Origin: Alphaproteobacteria bacterium
GTDB lineage: Bacteria > Pseudomonadota > Alphaproteobacteria > Micavibrionales > CSBR16-224
Assembly (NCBI GenBank): GCA_021775895.1
Contig: JAJFGX010000071.1
Span: 1 to 61,339, forward strand
Reading direction: 5' to 3'
DNA: 61,339 bases
The first letter of the stretch is position 1, and every line of letters starts with the position of its first letter. The notes below the pieces were generated by a model. That model had not been told where the DNA came from, searched no databases, and worked only from the letters and a program-made list of their open reading frames with translations. Positions 1-9,108 of this stretch are shown piece by piece. The translations under genes and the position numbers were made by a program.

Positions 1-2
1 CC

Positions 3-191
3 GAGAAAAGCAATCATATTAATGGAATAGAGAACTTTTGGAACCAAGCCAAACGTCATATGAGAAAATTTAATGGAGTACCAAAAAACAATTTTAATTT
101 ATTCTTGAAAGAGTGTGAATGGAGGTTTAATATGGGTTCACCAAAAGAGTTGGTTGAAGACTTGAAAAAGTTACTAAAAGAACTTTATTAG
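3..191 (+). mobile_element. IS1595-family (ISXO2-like DDE) transposase, C-terminal fragment cut by the window edge
   Basis: Frame 3 is open from the window edge to TAG at 189-191. It reads '..HINGIENFWNQAKRHMRKFNGVPKNNFNLFLKECEWRFN..', the characteristic C-terminal block of ISXO2-like transposases. It is absent from the ORF track because it has no start codon. Confidence 0.7.
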
Positions 192-292
192 GTGTCAGCC
201 CCATTTTAAAATCAAAAAACACCTTAAAATAAAAACAACAGAGTATGATAGCCTGATAAAAGGTAAAACATTAAACCAGCCTCAAAAATGGA

Positions 293-652
293 GTGAGCAG
301 TATGTTAACAAATATCGAAATCGCAAAAAAATATTTTGAAGTGTCTAATCAAAGTGATTTTGATGCCATAGGTAAACTATTTACTCATTCCACAACTTAT
401 TCTTCTCAAAATACTGGGTTGTATCTCGGTGTGGAGGATATTTTGGCAATGCAAAGAAGTTATCATGGTTCTTTTCAATCTTTGAACTGGAAAATTAATG
501 ATATCCAAGAGGTTAAATCAGGAATTATAGAAATTGACTTTAGTTTTAGTGGTGTCACAATTGATGGAGATAAAGTCAGTTATTCTGGTTTAGAATATGT
601 TGTTATTTGTGGCAATTTAATTCAACATATTGAAGTTCGTAATAAAAAATAA
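293..652 (+). CDS. SnoaL/NTF2-like small protein
   Basis: The 119-aa ORF has an N-terminus 'IEIAKKYFEVSNQSDFDAIGKLF' typical of the SnoaL-like fold. The GTG at 293 is probably not the start; ATG at 302 lies 9 nt after GGAG (289-292). Confidence 0.5.
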   Translation: MSSMLTNIEIAKKYFEVSNQSDFDAIGKLFTHSTTYSSQNTGLYLGVEDILAMQRSYHGSFQSLNWKINDIQEVKSGIIEIDFSFSGVTIDGDKVSYSGLEYVVICGNLIQHIEVRNKK

Positions 653-667
653 TAGATGCGACTATCA

Positions 668-748
668 CTAAGTGTTAGAAAATTTGTATGGGATAAAATT
701 GCATTATCAGCGATTTAAGAGAATAGTTCGATTTAGTCTGAGATCATC
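668..748 (+). repeat. Dispersed intergenic repeat, copy A (full length)
   Basis: Sequence '..AAATTTGTATGGGATAAAATTGCATTATCAGCGATTTAAGAGAATAGTTCGATTTAGTCTGAGATCA'. It aligns by eye with copies at 3795, 12152 and 14874. Confidence 0.8.
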
Positions 749-826
749 TTCACATGAACGTGACAATACTTTAGGGCCTTTGTAAATTAATCCAAAGACC
801 CTAAGATACTTTTTATTTTTCATGTT

Positions 827-1372
827 TTATTTCATACGACGGTGTTTTTTAAGAGCTCTTTTTGCGACTTTCTTTTTGACATGTTTTTTTACATTTCGTT
901 TGGTTTTGTGGCGTCCAAGTTTTCCTTTAGATGGTCCATTTTTAAAGTCCCTAACATCTTCACGACGATCCATTCTATTTTCAGTGCGATCCCTAACATC
1001 TTCACGGCGATCTCTAACGTCTTCACGACGATCCCTAACATCTTCACGACGATCATGGATATCTTCGATTTTATCCCATTTACCACCATCATGTTTGGCA
1101 TCAAAAATATCCTCACGTTTATCGCGGATGTCTTCTCTGCGATCAAAATAATCTTCACGACGGTCGGCTCGGTTTTCAGCACGGTCACGAATATCTTCGC
1201 GTCGGTCGCGGACATCTTCACGTCGATCACGTACATGTTTGATCACTTCTTGCTTAACTTGTTCTCTCGGGACAAAAACACCCGCAGACCCTGCACCATC
1301 TTCTGCAAGTGCTGGACTGGACAAACCTACAAGAATAATCATAGCCATCATTTTAAGTTTTATGTTCTTCAT
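827..1372 (-). CDS. Secreted, highly charged heptad-repeat protein ('DRREDVR' repeats) with a lysine-rich tail
   Basis: AAGGAG lies 8 nt upstream of the ATG at 1372. The signal peptide is 'MKNIKLKMMAMIILVGLSSPALA'. About 12 D-R-R-E-D-x-R heptads are present, and the C-terminus is 'KKHVKKKVAKRALKKHRRMK'. The three other ORFs across this stretch are stop-free artefacts of the repeat. Confidence 0.75.
   Translation of the reverse strand: MKNIKLKMMAMIILVGLSSPALAEDGAGSAGVFVPREQVKQEVIKHVRDRREDVRDRREDIRDRAENRADRREDYFDRREDIRDKREDIFDAKHDGGKWDKIEDIHDRREDVRDRREDVRDRREDVRDRTENRMDRREDVRDFKNGPSKGKLGRHKTKRNVKKHVKKKVAKRALKKHRRMK
949..1229. repeat. 21-bp in-frame tandem repeat inside CDS 827..1372
   Basis: Units start at 949, 970, 991, 1012 and 1033 ('ccctaacatcttcacgacgat' and variants). 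More diverged units lie at 1122-1226. The period is exactly 21 nt, or 7 aa. Confidence 0.85.
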
Positions 1373-1474
1373 TTTATTTCTCCTTGATTATGTGTTTCTA
1401 CAAAACTTTATCTTTTATTACTTCTTAATTTTGGATGATGAGTTGGAATCATTACCCTATTCTTTTAGTATACG

Positions 1475-1518
1475 TGGGAAAATTTCCCATGTCAAGATAA
1501 AAATGGGTTTTTTTCCCA
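1475..1518. promoter_or_regulatory. Two TGGG-N7-CCCA inverted repeats in a divergent promoter region (possible operator)
   Basis: TGGGAAAATTTCCCA at 1475-1489 and TGGGTTTTTTTCCCA at 1504-1518, 29 nt apart. A third palindrome, TATACTATAAGTATA, is at 1537-1551. All lie between the divergent genes 827..1372(-) and 1598..2425(+). Confidence 0.3.
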
Positions 1519-1597
1519 CAAAGTGAAAAAATCATGTATACTATAAGTATAGGGACGTATAAACTTAGCACTGATTTGAAAGGCAAGATTAAGATAA

Positions 1598-2425
1598 ATG
1601 ACTGATAGTAAGGATAAAAATATAGCAAGTAGCGGGCCACCTGTTGCTTTTATCAAGGGGTTGAAACGTCTTCTCAAACCCCTGATCCGGGCAATGATTG
1701 CCCAGAGATTGACCTATCCTGCTCTCCAAGAACTACTAAAAAGAACCTATGTAGAGGTTGTAAAGGAGGGTTTTCATTCAAATAACAAGCCTCTGACGGC
1801 GAGTCGAATCAGCGTGATGACAGGGGTGCACCGCAAAGACGTCAAAAAATTACGTGAAGAAGAGATTTCTGAATTCAAGCCTCCTGAAAATGTTTCAATC
1901 GGTGCACGTGCCATTGGCCTCTGGACTGGCTATGCAAGATATCTGGATGCAAACGGCAAACCTCGCCCCTTATCCATCAAAACTGATTTTGAAGAACTAA
2001 TCGAGGCGATTAGTAAAGATGTACGACCGCGCACGGTCTTGGATGAATGGCTACGTCTAGGTATTGTCGAAACAGATGAAGACGATATGCTGCACTTAAA
2101 GACTTCCGCCTTTATTCCTAGAGATGGTTTTGATGAGATTGCTTATTATTACGGCCGGAACCTGCACGACCATATTGCTTCAGCAACCCATAACCTGTTA
2201 GGAGAGAGTCCTGCCAGACTAGACCGTTCTGTTTATTACAACAAGCTAACACCAGAATCTGTAAAGATACTCTCCCAACGTTCTGAGGAACTCAGTATGG
2301 AAGTTTTACAGACCTTAAGTAAAGAGGCACGTAAATTGGTCGAAAAAGATCGTGGTAAAGACAATGCCTCTCAACGTATGAACTTTGGAGTATATTTTTA
2401 TGAAGAGGAGGAAGGAGATACATGA
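1598..2425 (+). CDS. Hypothetical protein with a possible HTH segment; first gene of a two-gene operon
   Basis: 275-aa ORF. 'LTASRISVMTGVHRKDVKKLREE' resembles a helix-turn-helix. The stop overlaps the next start (ATGA at 2422-2425). Family assignment is uncertain (possibly DUF6502-like, from memory). Confidence 0.7.
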   Translation: MTDSKDKNIASSGPPVAFIKGLKRLLKPLIRAMIAQRLTYPALQELLKRTYVEVVKEGFHSNNKPLTASRISVMTGVHRKDVKKLREEEISEFKPPENVSIGARAIGLWTGYARYLDANGKPRPLSIKTDFEELIEAISKDVRPRTVLDEWLRLGIVETDEDDMLHLKTSAFIPRDGFDEIAYYYGRNLHDHIASATHNLLGESPARLDRSVYYNKLTPESVKILSQRSEELSMEVLQTLSKEARKLVEKDRGKDNASQRMNFGVYFYEEEEGDT

Positions 2426-3648
2426 TATCGCTTCTTAATAAACCATTACACTTTCTTATTCTAATCAGCCTCTGCTTTTTTCTAGCAAGCCTCTCTACAT
2501 CTTATGCTGAAGATCTCTTTGAAGATGGTGGTATCGGCGGTACGGGTATTATCGCTATGGGAGACCCTGATGAAGACGGTGGTATCGGCGGCACTGGCAT
2601 TGTAGGCACAATCACGGGTTTTGGTTCAATCTACGTCAACGGCCACCGTATTACCTATGATAACAACCTACTAATTGAAACTAAAGACGGGATCATTGGA
2701 CCAAAAGATCTGAAACTGGGGCAAGTCATTGCGGTTGAAACGGAAGCTAAGGGCGATATCTTTGTCGCACAAAATGCTAGGCTACAATATGAAGTCGCTG
2801 GCCCAATCGGTGCGATTGATGAAACTGGAAATCGTATCGAGGTCATGGGTCAAATTGTTGAACTCTCTGAAAATACGCAATACGGCTCCTTCTCTAAAAT
2901 CTCTATGAAAACTGGACAGTTTGTCGAAGTTAGTGGATTACGTAGCGATGAAAACACCATTCAGGCTTCTCGATTGGACTTAGGGGGTAACAGCCGAAAC
3001 ATTGCTCTGAGAGGCCGCATCAGTGCGGCTGATGATATGGGCTTTTACATTGGACAGAAACACATTAAGTATGAAGATGTAGAGGGCTTAAGAAATATTG
3101 AGGTAGGTAAGAAAGTCGATATTGTTGGTCCATTCAATGGTAGGCGCCTACGCGCCCGTATTGAATCAGACATTCCTTTTGAAGGTCGGATGAAAAATCT
3201 CTCTGTCGAAGGTTTCCTACAACGCCATAAACGACGAGCCGGATATCGTCTTGGTAATATGCCCATCGATAAAAATAACATTGCCAGTTTTGCAGAAGGA
3301 AGTGTCAACGATCTAACTGCTGGACGACGGGTCTTTATGCGTGGACAAATTGATAAAGAAAGGCAGTTGCGCATTCATGCCATGCATATGAAACCACAAA
3401 TGCTGCGCAAACAGATCTGGCAACAAAAGTTCCGTAAAAAAGTTAAAAAACGGATTCTTGAAAAACGCCAAGAAGAGGGCAAAAATAGCACTCTCGATAA
3501 ACGGCAGGAGACCTTCAAACAAAAGGCCTTCAAAAAACGCCAGAAAGCGCTTAAGAAAAAAAGGCAAGAGGTCATCAAACAACGAATAGAGAAAAGGCGT
3601 GAAGAAAAGGTTCGAAAACGCCAACGCAAAAGGATAGACCGGCGTTAG
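2422..3648 (+). CDS. Secreted beta-rich protein with 'DGGIGGTGI' repeats and an extremely basic C-terminal tail
   Basis: The signal peptide ends in 'SLSTSYAED'. 'EDGGIGGTGI' is duplicated, and 'GSIYVNGHRITY' blocks are possibly DUF5666-like. The last ~80 aa are a K/R/Q/E low-complexity tail. Confidence 0.75.
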   Translation: MISLLNKPLHFLILISLCFFLASLSTSYAEDLFEDGGIGGTGIIAMGDPDEDGGIGGTGIVGTITGFGSIYVNGHRITYDNNLLIETKDGIIGPKDLKLGQVIAVETEAKGDIFVAQNARLQYEVAGPIGAIDETGNRIEVMGQIVELSENTQYGSFSKISMKTGQFVEVSGLRSDENTIQASRLDLGGNSRNIALRGRISAADDMGFYIGQKHIKYEDVEGLRNIEVGKKVDIVGPFNGRRLRARIESDIPFEGRMKNLSVEGFLQRHKRRAGYRLGNMPIDKNNIASFAEGSVNDLTAGRRVFMRGQIDKERQLRIHAMHMKPQMLRKQIWQQKFRKKVKKRILEKRQEEGKNSTLDKRQETFKQKAFKKRQKALKKKRQEVIKQRIEKRREEKVRKRQRKRIDRR

Positions 3649-3794
3649 GCACTTGCCAGATTGTAAAACTTGCTGTCATGTACTAAGTACGTTTTTCCAC
3701 CCAGTTTGCGGTAGGTTGAAGACATTTCACATGAACTATCAACGCTGCATTGAAACAAGACAAACATTTAAAAATTTAAGAGATGCTACCATCA

Positions 3795-3872
3795 ATCAGT
3801 GGTAAAATATTTGTATGGGGTAAAATTGCACCGTTTATAATTTAAAAGAATAATTTGTTTTAGTTTTACAAC
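3795..3872 (+). repeat. Dispersed intergenic repeat, copy B (diverged right half)
   Basis: Sequence 'CAGTGGTAAAATATTTGTATGGGGTAAAATTGCACCGTTTATAATTTAAAAGAATAATTTGTTTTAGTTTTACA'. Confidence 0.7.
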
Positions 3873-3973
3873 ACTGGTACTATAATAACACTTCTCATCA
3901 TAATCGCCATTTCTGTTTTTTATTACTTTTGGGAAGGGCATCACTATAACTCACAACAAATGGAGGCAGCACA

Positions 3974-4447
3974 ATGTACGAAAATATGCCTGAAGCTCTT
4001 ATTATCAGTATTGTTTTAGTGCTATTTACCACTGCTATCTTTTATGAGATTTTAGGTGTTGTGTTGCGGGTTGTTGCTAAACATGATTTACGTGGGCGTC
4101 TTCTTATGTTCTTTCTAGTGGTCTCCATCTTCTCGGCACACACTATAGCCATATGGATTTATGGCGCGGTTTATTGGGTGATGGTGCATACGTTTGGGGT
4201 AGAGCCTTTGAGCGGCATAGCTCATGATAATTTCTTCGGCTATATTTATTTTTCAGCCGCCACTTATTCATCACTTGGTATCGGTGATGTTTTCCCGCAC
4301 GGTGTGATGCAATTTATCACTGGTGTTCAGGTTTTGAATGGTTTGGTTCTTATTGGCTGGTCTGTCATGGTGACTTACTTTTCCGTGCAAAAACTGTGGG
4401 ATATACATTTACCATCAGTTATATCAAAGGATAAAAACAGTGAATAG
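3974..4447 (+). CDS. Small two-TM-type ion-channel pore protein (Ion_trans_2-like) with a non-canonical filter
   Basis: 157 aa with hydrophobic helices flanking 'YFSAATYSSLGIGDVFP'. This is a K+-channel pore-loop pattern, but the canonical TVGYGD is replaced by SLGIGD. Confidence 0.65.
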   Translation: MYENMPEALIISIVLVLFTTAIFYEILGVVLRVVAKHDLRGRLLMFFLVVSIFSAHTIAIWIYGAVYWVMVHTFGVEPLSGIAHDNFFGYIYFSAATYSSLGIGDVFPHGVMQFITGVQVLNGLVLIGWSVMVTYFSVQKLWDIHLPSVISKDKNSE

Positions 4448-4598
4448 CCTTATGAATGATTTTGGAATTATACGCAACGGGCATCAATTAAATCTTTGCA
4501 TCACTGTCTGATTGAATATAATGTGAGAGAAGACAAGGCCTCTTTAGTGGCCTAAATACAAAAGACCGGCGTAAATACGCCTGAAAAGGACTATCAGC

Positions 4599-6029
4599 AT
4601 GCTACTAACTAGCTTTTGTTTCTTTCTGGCTACCTTCATTGTAATCGGTGCGCTGGCGATTTTTCACCATAAAAAAAATAGCATCGACTATCTTATAGCA
4701 AGCCATAGTATAAAGCCATGGCTTGCCGCATTATCTGCCGTGGCTACAACAAATAGTGGTTATATGTTCGTCGGCCAAATCGGTTTCACTTACCTTTATG
4801 GTCTGCATTCAATCTGGTTGATGATTGGCTTTGTTTTTGGTGATTTTATTAGCTCCTTTTTTGTTCACCGTAAGTTACGCACGAATTCGGAAAAGCACGG
4901 TGCTAAAAGCTTTGCAAGTGCACTAGGCTCGTGGTATGGAGTAGATTATAAATATCTGCGCATGATTGCTGGAATTACTACGATCCTGTTTCTGGGAGTC
5001 TATGCTACCGCACAATTAAACGCAGGTAGTAAGGCACTACACGTTATTTTTGGCTGGGACTATGCAGCAGGTGCAATCATTGGTGCCGTAATTGTTTTAA
5101 TTTATTGTTTTGCCGGTGGCATCAGGGCATCTATCTGGACCGATGCCGCACAATCAATTGTGATGTTCATTGCAATGTTTCTTATGCTCTATGTTGCAAT
5201 TGATCAAATAGGCGGGATATCGTCCACTCTAGATGGATTGAATAGGGTATCTCCCGATTATATGAACCTATTTCCACCTGCCAATGATAGCCTATTGGCA
5301 TTGCCATTTGGCGCTGCCATAAGCCTGTTCTTATTTGTGCTAGGTTGGTTTTTCGGCGGTATAGGCGTTGTAGGGCAGCCTCATATTATGGTGCGCTTTA
5401 TGACGATGGATAACCCCTCGCATATGAAACAGGCACGAATTTACTACTATGGTTTTTATACAGCCTTCTATGCCCTTACGATTATGGTCGCATTATGTGC
5501 CCGCCTGCTTCTTCCTGAAACGGAAGGGTTTGATGCGGAGCTTGCATTACCAACTCTAGCAGGCGAATTATTACCAGATGTTCTAGTCGGGCTTATTCTG
5601 GCAGGTCTTTTTGCTGCAACAATGTCTACGGCAGATTCACAGATACTATGTTGCTCCGCCGCTATTACAAATGATATAATTCCCAACAAACTATCTAGTT
5701 ATACCGCCAATAAAATTGCAACCCTATCCGTTACTTTGATTGCTTTGGCCATCGCACTGGTAGGCCCTAGTAGCGTGTTCTCTTTGGTTCTAATTGCTTG
5801 GTCTGCGCTTGCAAGTTGTTTTGCTCCCATTCTCATCGTTATGGCTCTCAAACAAAATGTGCCGGAAAGACTTGCGATTGCAATGGTACTTGGTGGTTTG
5901 TCGGCCATGTTGGTCTGGCGTTTCACTGGTCTAAATAGTATTGTCTATGAGGCAGCGATAGGTATTCTAGCTGGCTTTACCATTTTTGGAATCGGCAAAA
6001 TTAAACTTAATAAGGTCTTGTCAGGTTAA
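4599..6029 (+). CDS. Sodium:solute symporter (SSS) family transporter, PutP-like
   Basis: 476 aa and polytopic. SSS signatures are 'LSAVATTNSGYMFVGQIG' and 'GGIRASIWTDAAQSIVMF'. Confidence 0.8.
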   Translation: MLLTSFCFFLATFIVIGALAIFHHKKNSIDYLIASHSIKPWLAALSAVATTNSGYMFVGQIGFTYLYGLHSIWLMIGFVFGDFISSFFVHRKLRTNSEKHGAKSFASALGSWYGVDYKYLRMIAGITTILFLGVYATAQLNAGSKALHVIFGWDYAAGAIIGAVIVLIYCFAGGIRASIWTDAAQSIVMFIAMFLMLYVAIDQIGGISSTLDGLNRVSPDYMNLFPPANDSLLALPFGAAISLFLFVLGWFFGGIGVVGQPHIMVRFMTMDNPSHMKQARIYYYGFYTAFYALTIMVALCARLLLPETEGFDAELALPTLAGELLPDVLVGLILAGLFAATMSTADSQILCCSAAITNDIIPNKLSSYTANKIATLSVTLIALAIALVGPSSVFSLVLIAWSALASCFAPILIVMALKQNVPERLAIAMVLGGLSAMLVWRFTGLNSIVYEAAIGILAGFTIFGIGKIKLNKVLSG

Positions 6030-6060
6030 AGTCATGCTTCTGAATTTTAATCATGCTGTA

Positions 6061-6118
6061 ACCAAGTATGATCAAAATAAATCCTTGATTTAAGAGAATA
6101 GTTCTACTCAGCTTGATA
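6061..6118 (+). repeat. Dispersed intergenic repeat, copy C (internally deleted)
   Basis: The 'AACCAAGT..' left end is joined to 'GATTTAAGAGAATAGTTCTACTCAGCTTGA'. The central TTGTATGGGG block is missing. Confidence 0.5.
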
Positions 6119-6175
6119 ATATCTTTTTTATCTAAAGCTTTATACTTGAGATTTAAGCTATAATATTATATACAG

Positions 6176-7090
6176 TTGCTTATGACACATATGATAGAAA
6201 TAGAAACATGGAAAGTTGCAGCACTTTATCGCTTTGTTGAGATTGCGGCTCCTGATGAGATGCAAAAAATTATTAAAGAGATATGTCTTAATAATGAAAT
6301 TTGTGGAACGCTCTTAATTGCGACAGAGGGCATTAATGGGACGATAGCAGGAACTCCTGAAGGTATCGCAAATACTATTGATTTCTTGGATAAACAATTA
6401 GAAATTAATAAAGGTGAAGTAAAATATTCAGATTCTAAACGTAAACCGTTTAATCGCATAAAGGTTCGTCTTAAAAAAGAAATTGTAACCATGCGACAAC
6501 CTCAAGTTGACCCAACTAAAAAAGTAGGGACATATGTTGAGGCAAAAAACTGGAATGCATTAATTAATGACCCTGATGTTATTATGCTTGATACTCGTAA
6601 TAGCTATGAAACAGCTATCGGCAAATTCAAAGGAGCAATAGATCCAAACACTAAAATATTTACCGAGTTTGCTGACTATGTTGAGGTAAAACTTGACCCA
6701 TCTAAAAATAAAAAAGTAGCAATGTACTGCACTGGTGGTATTAGATGTGAGAAAGCCTCTAGCTATATGCTGTCTCAAGGGTTCGAAGAAGTGTACCACC
6801 TTAAGGGTGGAATTCTACAATACCTAGAAGATATTCCAAAAGAAGAAAGTTTATGGGAGGGTAGTTGTTTCCTATTCGACCGCCGTGTGGGAGTAGAACA
6901 TGGGCTTAAAGAAAGCCCACACCTTCTTTGTTATGGCTGTCGTCATCCATTAGAGCCATCGGATTTAGAATTACCGTCTTATGAGAAAGGTGTATCTTGT
7001 AAACATTGCATTGATAGTCTAACTTCTGAAAGGAAAGATGCTTTTCGCATGCGTCATCAACAATTTCAAAAGCTCAATGAGCAGCAATAA
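6176..7090 (+). CDS. trhO: Rhodanese-domain tRNA uridine(34) hydroxylase (UPF0176/YceA family)
   Basis: 'KVAALYRF' N-terminus, the rhodanese active-site loop 'MYCTGGIRCEKASSYM', and a C-terminal Cys cluster. The track start at 6176 is TTG; ATG at 6182 or 6191 is equally possible. Confidence 0.85.
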   Translation: MLMTHMIEIETWKVAALYRFVEIAAPDEMQKIIKEICLNNEICGTLLIATEGINGTIAGTPEGIANTIDFLDKQLEINKGEVKYSDSKRKPFNRIKVRLKKEIVTMRQPQVDPTKKVGTYVEAKNWNALINDPDVIMLDTRNSYETAIGKFKGAIDPNTKIFTEFADYVEVKLDPSKNKKVAMYCTGGIRCEKASSYMLSQGFEEVYHLKGGILQYLEDIPKEESLWEGSCFLFDRRVGVEHGLKESPHLLCYGCRHPLEPSDLELPSYEKGVSCKHCIDSLTSERKDAFRMRHQQFQKLNEQQ

Positions 7091-7098
7091 TAGGCAGA

Positions 7099-7668
7099 AT
7101 GAACCTTCCAGTACTTTACTCATTTCGACGATGTCCTTATGCCATTAGAGCTCGTTTAGCACTACATTATACAAATATTAAAGTTGAGCATAGGGAAGTT
7201 TCACTAAAAAACAAACCATCTGAAATGTTATCTGCCTCTCCCAAAGGCACTGTGCCAGTTTTAATACTCCAAAACGGTGATGTGATTGATGAAAGCTTAG
7301 ATATCATGTTATGGGCATTAAACCAATATAATGCTCAAAACTGGGGAACTAACATCAAGAATGATCTTATAATCCACAATGATACTATTTTTAAGAATGC
7401 TCTTGATAAATATAAGTATCCAAATCGATATCCAGGTGATGATCGTTCAATGGCTTTAGACACTTGTTTAGAATTCTTAGAAACACTTGAGTTGACAAAA
7501 GAACGTGAAATACTCACAGATATGGCAATACTGCCATTTATTCGGCAATTCTCAAAAGTTGACCCTGAAATGTTTCAAGCTCTTAATATTCCTCATACTC
7601 ATAAATGGCTTGAAACACATCTTAATAGTGATTTATTTCAAGCTGTAATGGAAAAATTGTGTTCTTAA
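7099..7668 (+). CDS. Glutathione S-transferase / glutaredoxin-2-like protein
   Basis: 'LYSFRRCPYAIRARLAL' and 'GTVPVL' match the thioredoxin-fold GST N-terminal pattern. It lies 8 nt downstream of trhO. Confidence 0.65.
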   Translation: MNLPVLYSFRRCPYAIRARLALHYTNIKVEHREVSLKNKPSEMLSASPKGTVPVLILQNGDVIDESLDIMLWALNQYNAQNWGTNIKNDLIIHNDTIFKNALDKYKYPNRYPGDDRSMALDTCLEFLETLELTKEREILTDMAILPFIRQFSKVDPEMFQALNIPHTHKWLETHLNSDLFQAVMEKLCS

Positions 7669-7771
7669 AATTTTTACCATGATAATATCTGGTATGGCTA
7701 AAATAAATCACTTAATTACTAACATTAGCTTGAAAAATACACATATTTAAGAAACTGCAAAATATGACATT

Positions 7772-7812
7772 AACCAAGTGATAAGAAATTTATATGGGGT
7801 AGGGATGTCACT
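7772..7812 (+). repeat. Dispersed intergenic repeat, copy D (left half only)
   Basis: Sequence 'AACCAAGTGATAAGAAATTTATATGGGGTAGGGATGTCACTG'. Confidence 0.5.
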
Positions 7813-7896
7813 GAAAAAAAACTTTAATAGAAAGGCTCATTTTGGTCGAATATAGCCATTAAATATGCTAAAGACCAAAATATAGGGTAAATTAAT

Positions 7897-8937
7897 ATGA
7901 ACAAAGAATCTTCTCCTATGGGTATCTTCGAACGCTATCTTTCACTTTGGGTTAGCTTGTGTATTGCCACCGGCGTTGGGTTGGGGCTGGTTATTCCAGA
8001 AGTCTTTCAGACGATTGCTACCATAGAATATGCCAGCGTTAATCTAGTCGTTGCCGTTTTTATATGGGTGATGATTTACCCAATGATGGTCAATGTGAAT
8101 TTTACTTCGCTAAAGGACGTGGGCAAAAAGCCCAAAGGCTTATGTATTACGCTGGTTGTTAACTGGCTAATTAAGCCCTTTACCATGGCAGCACTAGGAA
8201 TTTTGTTTTTTGAACATATCTTTGCTGGTCTAGTAGACCCCGCCGATGCTAAGGAATATATCGCAGGAATGATTTTACTAGGCGTGGCACCTTGCACAGC
8301 GATGGTGTTTGTATGGAGCCAGCTTGTACGTGGTGATGCCAATTACACCCTGGTGCAGGTGTCGATCAATGATATCATTATGATTTTCGTTTTCGCACCG
8401 CTGGTAGCGTTGTTGTTGGGCGTGACTGATATTGTTGTGCCGTGGGAAACTTTATTGCTTTCTGTGGTTTTGTATGTGTTAATCCCATTGACTGCTGGTT
8501 ATATCACTCGTAAGAAGTTGGATGATTCCGGTAATCATGCGCGTATCGGCAAATTCACGGCACAGATCAAACCATTTTCGATTATGGGATTGTTGGCCAC
8601 CGTTGTGTTACTGTTCGGATTTCAGGCTGGAACAATCATTGAAAAGCCTTTAGTCATCGGCCTGATTGCGGTTCCATTAATTATCCAAAGCTACGGGATT
8701 TTTGCTATTGCTTATGGCTGGTGCTATCTCTGGCGTGTACCATTTAGCACTTCAGCTCCGGCTGCGTTGATTGGTACATCTAATTTCTTTGAGCTTGCTG
8801 TGGCTGTAGCCATAAGTTTGTTTGGTTTGCACTCCGGCGCAGCATTGGCAACGGTGGTGGGTGTATTGGTTGAAGTCCCTGTGATGTTGTCACTTGTTGC
8901 TTTTGCCAATGGGACTAGGAGACACTTTAATAATTAG
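7897..8937 (+). CDS. acr3: ACR3-family arsenite efflux permease
   Basis: '[22 protein letters not shown]' and the conserved cysteine box '[14 protein letters not shown]'. No arsR or arsC gene is adjacent. Confidence 0.85.
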   Translation: MNKESSPMGIFERYLSLWVSLCIATGVGLGLVIPEVFQTIATIEYASVNLVVAVFIWVMIYPMMVNVNFTSLKDVGKKPKGLCITLVVNWLIKPFTMAALGILFFEHIFAGLVDPADAKEYIAGMILLGVAPCTAMVFVWSQLVRGDANYTLVQVSINDIIMIFVFAPLVALLLGVTDIVVPWETLLLSVVLYVLIPLTAGYITRKKLDDSGNHARIGKFTAQIKPFSIMGLLATVVLLFGFQAGTIIEKPLVIGLIAVPLIIQSYGIFAIAYGWCYLWRVPFSTSAPAALIGTSNFFELAVAVAISLFGLHSGAALATVVGVLVEVPVMLSLVAFANGTRRHFNN

Positions 8938-9108
8938 GTCTTAATGTAAAGACTTATATTTGAGGTTGATGCCAGACTTTATAGTCATCGTTGTACTTAT
9001 TAACTATTAAAAAAATACGAACTCAAAATAAAAAATAAAATATATTGCTCTATAACCTAAATATAATATATTAATACTCATAATTTTAAATTATTAGAAT
9101 AGAAGAGA

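Noticed and set aside
949-1229. The tandem 21-bp repeats considered as a possible CRISPR array.
   Set aside because: The units are contiguous with no spacers, they are in-frame within a CDS, and there are no cas genes in the window.
822-1387. Three additional ORFs (822..1151 +, 842..1387 +, 889..1236 -) overlap the heptad-repeat gene.
   Set aside because: These open frames are a by-product of the stop-free 21-bp repeat. Only 827..1372(-) has an SD (AAGGAG), a signal peptide and a coherent repeat at the protein level.
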